Origin: Bacillota bacterium
Lineage (GTDB): Bacteria > Bacillota > Clostridia > Christensenellales > CAG-138
Assembly (NCBI GenBank): GCA_023435025.1
Contig: JAEYSE010000093.1
Location: 10,073-74,072 of the forward strand
DNA: 64,000 bases
Direction: 5' to 3'
This document shows, one piece after another, positions 57,386 through 64,000 of this stretch. How positions within the stretch are numbered: position 1 is the first letter of the stretch; each line of letters opens with the position of its first letter. A program made the translations under genes and the position numbers. The notes beneath the pieces are model-generated. The model saw nothing but the letters and a program-made list of their open reading frames with translations. It was not told the DNA's origin and did not search any database.

Positions 57386-58426
57386 ATGGATATGATGACC
57401 CCTTATCCCCCCCTTGCCCGCGCGCCGCTGCGCATGCGTGGGATATTCGGCATCGCCTGGCAGCTCTACAAACGCGGCTTTTGGCAGATGTTTTTAGTGT
57501 CTCTCTTGTTGGTCAGCCTGCCCTCGCTGCTGATAACGCTCCCGCAGTTTGCCGAGTTGGGCCGTATGGGGTTTTGGTCGAACATGCAAACTGACTTTTC
57601 CCAGTTCGGCAGGTTAAGCAGTATTTCCACGGACCCCGGATTAGCGGATATCAGCTCGGTGCTGGGCTCCACTCTGCTGGCCTCGATTCTTTCCCTTGTG
57701 AGTCGTTTCCTGCTTACGCCCATGTACCAAGGCGCAGTGTTTCTGGAAATGGAGGAACGCATGGAAGGACGCGCAGGCACGCTGGGCCAACTTTTCCGGT
57801 ATGCGCTGCCCATCGGTCTTAAGCGTTTCTACACCACGTTCCTCTCGCATTTTGTGCTGAATTTGGGAATTGGCATCATCGTCTCCTTGATGTATCTCTT
57901 CTTCTTCATTTTCGGTACGCTGGGTTCCCTCTCCTCCTCTATTCGCTATTTTGCATCCGGAACAATGCCCCCGACTTTCTTCATTACCATCGGCGTTACT
58001 ATACTGCTGATCGTTTTGATTACCATCATATTAAACACGTTCCTGATACTCATCTACCCAGTCGCGGCACATGAAAAGAAGTTTGCTTTTTCTGCCGTAG
58101 GCCGCGCGTTCAAGCTGACCGTCAAGCGCTTTTGGCGCGTTGTAGGCGCAACGCTGCTGCTTTCTCTTGTAGCAAGCGTGATTTCAGGCATTTTGTGTTT
58201 GCCCGCGCTGCTTTTGTGGCAGAATATTGAGGCGGCGTTCATTCTCCTGGCCGTGTTGATCGCTTTTGCAGGGGCTCTTGTTACGCCCTACTCCGCCGCA
58301 TTCCAGACCGCACTGTATGTGGATACCGCGGCGCGCGTGGATGGGCCCGAAATTTCCGTGATCGATCCGGACTCCGTGCCCGACCCGGACCCGGATGAAC
58401 TGCGCGACGGGCCGCGCACGCTGTAA
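57386..58426 (+). CDS. polytopic membrane protein of unknown function, tandem paralogue B
   Basis: ACGGAGGTG-6nt-ATG (MDMMTPYPPL...). Same length class and same conserved blocks and tail as paralogue A. Confidence 0.75.
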   Translation: MDMMTPYPPLARAPLRMRGIFGIAWQLYKRGFWQMFLVSLLLVSLPSLLITLPQFAELGRMGFWSNMQTDFSQFGRLSSISTDPGLADISSVLGSTLLASILSLVSRFLLTPMYQGAVFLEMEERMEGRAGTLGQLFRYALPIGLKRFYTTFLSHFVLNLGIGIIVSLMYLFFFIFGTLGSLSSSIRYFASGTMPPTFFITIGVTILLIVLITIILNTFLILIYPVAAHEKKFAFSAVGRAFKLTVKRFWRVVGATLLLSLVASVISGILCLPALLLWQNIEAAFILLAVLIAFAGALVTPYSAAFQTALYVDTAARVDGPEISVIDPDSVPDPDPDELRDGPRTL

Positions 58427-58466
58427 GCCCAACAACTATATCCTATTCTATCCAAGGAGGACTCAT

Positions 58467-60251
58467 ATGCCCAAGACATTACCCGCGCGGCAGGCACTCG
58501 ACGCCGCCCTGACATGGGACCTTACCGCCATGTACGCTTCCGACGAAGCGTGGGAGGCGGAATTCAGAGAAGTACAGCAGGCGATTGCCGCGTTTCCGCG
58601 GCTTTCCGGCAGCTTCACCAGTGCGGAAGCGCTGCTGGTTGGCCTGAAACAGGAAAGCGCCATCTCTTTCAAGCTGGAGCGGCTCTACGTATACGCACAT
58701 ATGCGCCGGGATGAGGATAACGCCGTGGCCAAGTACCAGGGCATGACCGACCGGGCTATGCAGCAAAGCGTAGCTTACGGCGCGGCTTCTTCCTTCATGA
58801 CCCCGGAGATACTCGCCATCGACCCGGGCACGCTGCAAAGCTGGATCGATTCGCCCATGCTAAAAGAATATCGCCGGGTGCTCAATAATTTGGTTCGCCG
58901 AAGGCCGCACACGCTAACCGCCAACGAAGAACGGATTATGGCGCTGGCGGGTGAGCCGCTTGCCGCGGCGGACTCGGTATTCACCATGCTCAACAACGCG
59001 GATATCCGCTTTGGCAAGATCACGGACGACGACGGCGATACTGTGGAATTGACGCAGGGCAATTACCGCAGCTTTTTGGAAAGCAAGAACCGGGATGTAC
59101 GCAAAAATGCGTACAAGGCGCTTTACGCTTCCTATTTAAATTTAAAGAACACGCTTGCCGCTTCCTATGCCGCAAGTGTGAAATCCGACGTGTTCTTTGC
59201 CAAGGCACGCAGCTACGACAGCGCCATCGGCGCGGCGCTGTTCTCCACCAACGTTCCGCTTTCGGTATACGATGGCCTGATTGAGGCCATCAAAAGCCGT
59301 CTGCCCTCCATAGAGAAATACCTCCAGTTGCGCCGCCGCGCTCTAGGGCTGGACCAGCTCCATATGTACGACCTCTATGTGCCAATCGTTCCCGCCACGC
59401 CCAAGAAGCTCCGCTACGAGGACGCGAAGGCACTTGTAAAGGAAGCTTTAAAGCCCTTGGGCGAGGATTATGCCAAAATGCTGGACGTCGCCTATAGTGA
59501 AAGGTGGATCGACGTGCCGCAAAACAGGGGCAAGACCACCGGCGCGTATTCCTGGGGCGCGTACGGCACGCACCCGTATGTGCTGCTAAACTATCAAGAG
59601 GAAGAGGATTACGCCTTTACTTTGGCGCACGAGCTTGGGCACGCGCTTCATTCCTATTATTCCGACACCAGCCTCCCTTACCAGGACGCGCAGTATAAGA
59701 TTATGGCGGCAGAAGTTGCCTCCACCGTCAATGAGGTGCTCTTAACCCGTCATCTTCTAAAAACCGAAACCGATCCCGCCCGCAGGGCCTATCTCATCAA
59801 CCATTACCTGGAGCAGTTCCGGACCACCGTCTACCGCCAGACCATGTTTGCGGCATTTGAGCAAAAGACGCACTACATGTGCGAGGCGGGAGATCCGCTT
59901 ACGGTAGATGCACTGTGCGAGGAGTACGGCAAGCTTAACGAGCTGTTCTACCCCGGCGTGGTGGTGGACGATGAGATCCGCATTGAGTGGGCGCGCATTC
60001 CGCACTTTTACAACGCGTTCTATGTCTATCAGTATGCCACGGGCTTCTGTGCTGCGGTCGCTCTCGCGCACGGCATACTCGAAGGGCATGGATTGGAACA
60101 GTATCTCGCCTTCCTCAAAAGCGGTGGCAGCGATTTCCCAATCACGCTGTTGCAGAATGCGGGCGTAGATTTGACCAAACCCGAAAGCATACTGACCTCG
60201 CTCGACGCGTTCGACAGCGCGGTGGATGAGCTCGGCGAGTTGTTGAAGTAA
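58467..60251 (+). CDS. pepF: oligoendopeptidase F (M3B family)
   Basis: AAGGAGG-ATG at 58467. Zinc motif HELGHALH. Typical PepF length and N-terminal WDLT...Y motif. Confidence 0.9.
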   Translation: MPKTLPARQALDAALTWDLTAMYASDEAWEAEFREVQQAIAAFPRLSGSFTSAEALLVGLKQESAISFKLERLYVYAHMRRDEDNAVAKYQGMTDRAMQQSVAYGAASSFMTPEILAIDPGTLQSWIDSPMLKEYRRVLNNLVRRRPHTLTANEERIMALAGEPLAAADSVFTMLNNADIRFGKITDDDGDTVELTQGNYRSFLESKNRDVRKNAYKALYASYLNLKNTLAASYAASVKSDVFFAKARSYDSAIGAALFSTNVPLSVYDGLIEAIKSRLPSIEKYLQLRRRALGLDQLHMYDLYVPIVPATPKKLRYEDAKALVKEALKPLGEDYAKMLDVAYSERWIDVPQNRGKTTGAYSWGAYGTHPYVLLNYQEEEDYAFTLAHELGHALHSYYSDTSLPYQDAQYKIMAAEVASTVNEVLLTRHLLKTETDPARRAYLINHYLEQFRTTVYRQTMFAAFEQKTHYMCEAGDPLTVDALCEEYGKLNELFYPGVVVDDEIRIEWARIPHFYNAFYVYQYATGFCAAVALAHGILEGHGLEQYLAFLKSGGSDFPITLLQNAGVDLTKPESILTSLDAFDSAVDELGELLK

Positions 60252-60256
60252 AGTAT

Positions 60257-60278
60257 GTTGGAGGCTCTGCCTCCAAAC
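60257..60278 (+). repeat. 22-nt hairpin-forming repeat, copy 2
   Basis: gttggagGctctgcctccaaac has a 7-bp stem ttggagg/cctccaa. It starts 6 nt after the pepF stop. Confidence 0.6.
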
Positions 60279-60454
60279 TCAGAGATACTTGAAGTCCTTT
60301 CGCCCCGTCCAATACATTGGAAGGGGTTTGTTCATTCCGCCCGTTCATCAAAGCTTTACACCCTTCGACCTCCTTCAAAGCCCCTATTCTCTTGCATGCT
60401 TGCCTACCTGCTGATAAAATGGTACTTTAAGGGGGGTATTCGGAAAGGAGCGGC

Positions 60455-61213
60455 ATGCGCAAGCAAGCGGAAGATACTTTTTTCAGTTACGTCTGGCCCC
60501 TGCAGGGGGTACGGGCGCATTTTATAGTGGATACGGGCTACGACGAGCCCATGTCGGGGTACGAGACGCTGGTGTACTGCGCGCTTTCCCCGCGCGAAAG
60601 TGAGGCGGAAGCTTTTACGCCGCGCGAAGCGCGCCGATGCGACAAAATAGAGCGCAAGCTGCTGCGCGCGCTTCGTGACGCCGTATATGCTGGCATGATC
60701 CATATGGACGCGCTCAGGCAATATTACTTTTATGCGCGGGACCCGGAAGATGCTTTAGAGGCAATGGAACGCATTGCCGAAAAGGAAAAGCTCCTGCGGG
60801 TTTCCCCCGGCTCCGCGCATGAGCCCGATTGGCTGACCTACCATGCGCTGCTGCTGCCCGATGCCGCAAAGTACCAGACGGTATTGAACACTGAGCTGAT
60901 TGAACGGCTCAGAAAAACGGGGGACGGCCTTGCCGCTGTACGGCGGCTTACGTTTTCGATGTGCTTTCCCAGCGAGCAGACACGGCTTTTATTTCAGGAG
61001 CAAGCGAAGGCCGTAGGCTTTGCGATAGGCGAGCCGCAGTTCAAGTCCGAGCTTACACTGCCGCACATGCTCACCATCCATGCGCTCAGCGCGCTCGTTC
61101 AGGAGGACGTGGACGAACTGACCACCCGCGCCATCCATGCGGCGGAGCCGTTTGGCGGCGAGCTTTTAAGGTGGAGCTGCCCCGTGATGCCCAAACGTAA
61201 CCCGCTTGCATAA
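60455..61213 (+). CDS. DUF695 / RraB-like two-domain protein
   Basis: GGAAAGGAG-4nt-ATG. The N-terminal half resembles the DUF695 pattern (FFSYV...HFIVD...LVY...EA...IE..L) and the C-terminal half resembles the RraB-like pattern. The assignment is from memory and weak. Confidence 0.55.
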   Translation: MRKQAEDTFFSYVWPLQGVRAHFIVDTGYDEPMSGYETLVYCALSPRESEAEAFTPREARRCDKIERKLLRALRDAVYAGMIHMDALRQYYFYARDPEDALEAMERIAEKEKLLRVSPGSAHEPDWLTYHALLLPDAAKYQTVLNTELIERLRKTGDGLAAVRRLTFSMCFPSEQTRLLFQEQAKAVGFAIGEPQFKSELTLPHMLTIHALSALVQEDVDELTTRAIHAAEPFGGELLRWSCPVMPKRNPLA

Positions 61214-61609
61214 TTGCATGAAGCGGTGCATAAACGGGCGGAGCCTTTTGGTTATGTTATCCAAAACCGTTTTGGCGGAAGCGCCTTGCATAACCTGCGC
61301 TTTTACGACAAGATATCCGTTTGTTCGGTAAAATCCGGAAGAAATCGAACACGCACATGGGTGCATGCAGGGAATAAAAATGTTTCTGCACACCATCTCC
61401 GGAATGTTTTGCACAGTAGTTATCAACATTATGCACAGAGTTATCCACCGATGCCCCAAAACGGGGACTTGTCCATGCACACCCCATGTGCATGAAGAGG
61501 CAAGGTGTGTGCATGAATCAAACGGCACATTTTCAACGCGAATTTGCGCAGGCAATCCTGCAATTTCGTTGCAAAATAAACAAGATTACATTTATACAGG
61601 AGGTTCGGC

Positions 61610-62887
61610 ATGGGCTATACACAGGAAGAGCTTCTTTCCTTTGTGGAGGAGAACGACGTCAAGTTCGTCCGGTTGGTGTTTTGCGATCTGTTCGGGCGCG
61701 GCCGCAACATATCCTTGTTAAGCTCGGAGCTTCCGCGCGGACTTGTAGACGGCGTTTCCTTCGACGCTTCCCTGGTGCCCGGGTTTTTGCACATTGCTGA
61801 ATCCGACCTGATGCTGCTGCCCGACCCCAATTCGCTTGCGCTTTTGCCGTGGCGGCCGCAGCAGGGCCGCGTGGCGCGGCTTCTTTGCGATATCCAACAT
61901 CCGGACGGCACTGCCTTTGCGGGCAGCAGCCGGAACTTGCTACGCGAAGCCGTGCGCAAGGCGCTGATAATGGGCTATACCTGCCAGATCGGTGTGGAAT
62001 GTGAGTTTTACCTCTTTCAATTGGATGACACGGGCAACCCCACCCGTAAACCACACGACAATGCCGGATTCTTAGACCTTGCCCCGCGGGATCGCGGCGA
62101 AAACGTACGGCGCGAAATCTGCCTGACGCTCGAAAGCATGGGTATTGCTGTAGAAAGCTCCCACCACGAATCCGGCCCCGGCCAGAACGAAATTGTGTTA
62201 AAATACGCTGGGGCGCTGCGTGCGGCGGACAACCTGATGACATTGAAGCAGGTGATCCGCACGATCGCCAACAAGAACGGACTGTTTGCCTCCTTTTTAC
62301 CCAAGCCCATACCCGGCGTGATCGGCAGCGGGCTGCATGTAAACATGAGTCTGCTCTCCGGTACCACCAACCTCTTTGAAAAGGGCGAAGCGCCCTCCTC
62401 CGAAGCAGAAAGCTTTTTGGCGGGTATATTGCGCCGCGCTTCCGAGATGACCTCGCTGTTGAACCCCATGCCCAACTCCTACGAGCGTCTGGGTAAAATG
62501 GAAGCGCCGGGGTATGTCGGCTGGTCCCACCAGAACCGCTCACAGTGGATTCGTATCCCCGCCGCACAGGGCGAATCCTCCCGTATGGAGCTTAGAGCCC
62601 CCGACCCTGCAATCAACCCCTACCTCGCGTTCGCACTGCTTCTTTACGCGGGGCTTGAGGGCATGGAAGAAAAGCTGCCTCTACCCAAGGCGGCTGATGC
62701 AGACCAGCCTTTAAGCCGTCTGCCGCAAACGCTGCTGGACGCCGTGTTGATTGCCGAAAAGAGCGAATTTATCGCCCGCGTACTGCCCGAGCAGGTACGG
62801 CTGCACTTGTTTCAGGTGCAACGGGACGCAGACAAATTCGAGCCCTCCGCCCTCCCCGCGCTTGAAGACCCGCTCTTTGACGTATAA
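61610..62887 (+). CDS. glnA: glutamine synthetase (short type I-like form, 425 aa)
   Basis: CAGGAGG-ATG. VKFVRLVFCDLFG, KPIPGVIGSGLHVNMSL, NSYERLG and ELRAPDPAINPYLA motifs. Confidence 0.9.
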   Translation: MGYTQEELLSFVEENDVKFVRLVFCDLFGRGRNISLLSSELPRGLVDGVSFDASLVPGFLHIAESDLMLLPDPNSLALLPWRPQQGRVARLLCDIQHPDGTAFAGSSRNLLREAVRKALIMGYTCQIGVECEFYLFQLDDTGNPTRKPHDNAGFLDLAPRDRGENVRREICLTLESMGIAVESSHHESGPGQNEIVLKYAGALRAADNLMTLKQVIRTIANKNGLFASFLPKPIPGVIGSGLHVNMSLLSGTTNLFEKGEAPSSEAESFLAGILRRASEMTSLLNPMPNSYERLGKMEAPGYVGWSHQNRSQWIRIPAAQGESSRMELRAPDPAINPYLAFALLLYAGLEGMEEKLPLPKAADADQPLSRLPQTLLDAVLIAEKSEFIARVLPEQVRLHLFQVQRDADKFEPSALPALEDPLFDV

Positions 62888-62925
62888 CGGGATTTCAGGC
62901 GATTGCGCATCATGCGGCAAAGGGG

Positions 62926-63501
62926 GTGGTGGCAACGGACCGAATTCTTTTAATTTCAGGCACCGTGAAAGGTAGCCAGCTTCTGCAGGATATGCTGGGC
63001 GCCATACCGGGCGAGCTTATGCTTGCGCAAAACGGCGCAGAAGCCCGCCGGAGCCTGGCGGAAGGCGATTTTGCGCTTGTTCTCATCAACTCGCCACTAT
63101 CCGATGAGTTCGGGCACGATCTCGCGCTGGACTTTGTAACGAACACCGCTGCGGGCGTTGTACTGCTGGTAAAGGCGGAATTGAATGAGGAAGTGGCTGA
63201 GCGCGTAGAGCCGGGTGGGGTATTGTGCCTAGCTAAGCCCATGACGCGCAGCGCAATGCTGCATACCTTAAGAATTGCAATGGCCACCCATACGCGGCTC
63301 AATCAGGTACTGCAGGAAAAGCGCGCGCTTGAAAGACGATTGGAGCAGCAGCGCCTGGTGGACCATGCCAAGTTCCTGCTGATGGAGAACGCTGCCATGA
63401 CCGAGGCGCAGGCGCACCGGTACCTTGTAAAGCAGGCGATGGATTTACGGACCACCAAGGAAGCCGTCGCCAACCAGGTACTTTCCCTGTACGAGATATA
63501 A
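62926..63501 (+). CDS. ANTAR-domain RNA-binding regulator with degenerate receiver domain
   Basis: C-terminal ANTAR helices are ...LERRLEQQRLVDHAKFLLMENAAMTEAQAHRYLVKQAMDLRTTKEAVANQVL. The receiver-like N-terminus has ILLISGT in place of the acidic pair and LVLINS in place of the phospho-acceptor Asp, but keeps the K-P (LAKP). The start codon is uncertain by a few codons. Confidence 0.85.
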   Translation: MVATDRILLISGTVKGSQLLQDMLGAIPGELMLAQNGAEARRSLAEGDFALVLINSPLSDEFGHDLALDFVTNTAAGVVLLVKAELNEEVAERVEPGGVLCLAKPMTRSAMLHTLRIAMATHTRLNQVLQEKRALERRLEQQRLVDHAKFLLMENAAMTEAQAHRYLVKQAMDLRTTKEAVANQVLSLYEI

Positions 63502-63529
63502 TGATACTTGAATAAGGAGCCGGGCTGAA

Positions 63530-64000
63530 ATGGAAGTAAAACGCCGCCGAAAAGCAAAAAACAAGCGCAGGACCGTATTGCGCCTGTTCTTCTTACTCGG
63601 CATTTTACTTTTGATACTTGCCGGTATTGTCGCCGGTATACTCCTTTTAGGCAATTCCATGTCCTCCCAGGCTTCCCTGGTACAGATGCCGTTTGCCCCG
63701 CAGGATAACGCGCTTTATACAGGCAATGGCTTTTTGTACATCAAGGACGGTACGCTTTACTACAAAGACTTGAATAACGAAAACAACGACTACCACGCGC
63801 CTGTTAAGACGGCCGGCCTAAAACTTGCCGCAAGCCCAGAGATCCACGCGCTCTACAACAGCGCGGCACTGAAAATTGTAAACGAGACTTACCCCGTGCA
63901 ATTTACCGGAACGTTATTGTACGTAACCTGCGGCTCTACCACGGTGGCAGCGCTGAAAACCGACGACACCGGCGCGGAGACCATACAGGTGTTTGACAGG
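63530..64000 (+). CDS. membrane-anchored protein of unknown function (3' end beyond window)
   Basis: AAGGAG-10nt-ATG. MEVKRRRKAKNKRRTVLRLFFLLGILLLILAGIVAGILLL is a basic N-terminus plus a TM segment. The frame stays open for 157 codons to the window edge. It is absent from the ORF track because no stop is reached. Confidence 0.6.
   Translation, partial: MEVKRRRKAKNKRRTVLRLFFLLGILLLILAGIVAGILLLGNSMSSQASLVQMPFAPQDNALYTGNGFLYIKDGTLYYKDLNNENNDYHAPVKTAGLKLAASPEIHALYNSAALKIVNETYPVQFTGTLLYVTCGSTTVAALKTDDTGAETIQVFDR

Noticed and set aside
61214-61609. ANTAR dual-hairpin target (two stem-loops with A..G hexaloops overlapping a terminator), glutamine riboswitch or T-box in the glnA leader.
   Set aside because: I could not find two hexaloop hairpins with the required loop pattern. 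There is no strong stem plus U-run terminator, and neither the glnA-RNA E-loop nor the T-box specifier/T-box sequence is present. Only the TGCACA repeats reported above are there.
61659-62567. A 302-aa minus-strand ORF opposite glnA, considered because antisense regulation of glnA is known in a Clostridium.
   Set aside because: The translation is Arg/Pro/Gly-rich shadow sequence with no RBS. I see no promoter or terminator that would define an antisense RNA in this window, so no feature is called.

Overview
This is a 64-kb chromosomal window at roughly 55-60% GC by eye, with Firmicutes/Clostridia-type gene content. Taxonomy is an inference; an Oscillospirales-like motile anaerobe is plausible. 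I call about 60 protein-coding genes. I see no rRNA, tRNA, CRISPR array, transposase or integrase.

Housekeeping genes include pyk, pyrG, dapF, glnA, rlmH, msrAB, gapN and pepF. They are interleaved with three dCache/HAMP chemoreceptor genes and two cell-surface fibre loci.

(1) nt 3042-10987, + strand. This cluster combines a 1221-aa secreted vWA-domain protein, a SipW-type signal peptidase and three TasA/BsaA-like proteins with SipW-cognate signal peptides. It also holds a fourth protein with a poly-Asp tract and a C-terminal sortase sorting signal, and a class B sortase. It reads as a hybrid of a TasA-type fibre system and a sortase-anchoring system, and is my best candidate for something undescribed.

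(2) nt 18438-28474, - strand. This is a roughly 10-kb Tad/Flp pilus operon: tadG-like, tadV, flp, tadE, cpaB, tadZ, tadA, tadB, tadC, DUF192 and a coiled-coil gene. Its leader and internal spacers carry three copies of a roughly 85-nt structured element. From the sequence I identify these as c-di-GMP-I (GEMM-I) riboswitch aptamers, each followed by its own intrinsic terminator. One copy has an A at the ligand-specificity position 20. A Cache-PAS-GGDEF diguanylate cyclase lies just upstream.

Smaller observations:
- an in-frame TGA at the 5' end of the tadG-like gene
- a tandem small-gene pair in which one copy is interrupted by TAG
- sigma-D-type promoters and aromatic C-terminal pentapeptides on two paralogous chemoreceptors
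- a tandem duplicated membrane-protein pair
- a roughly 22-bp phased TGCACA repeat array in the glnA leader, next to an ANTAR regulator with a degenerate receiver domain

All calls come from reading the sequence and ORF translations. No searches were run. Coordinates of RNA elements and promoters are +/- a few nt.
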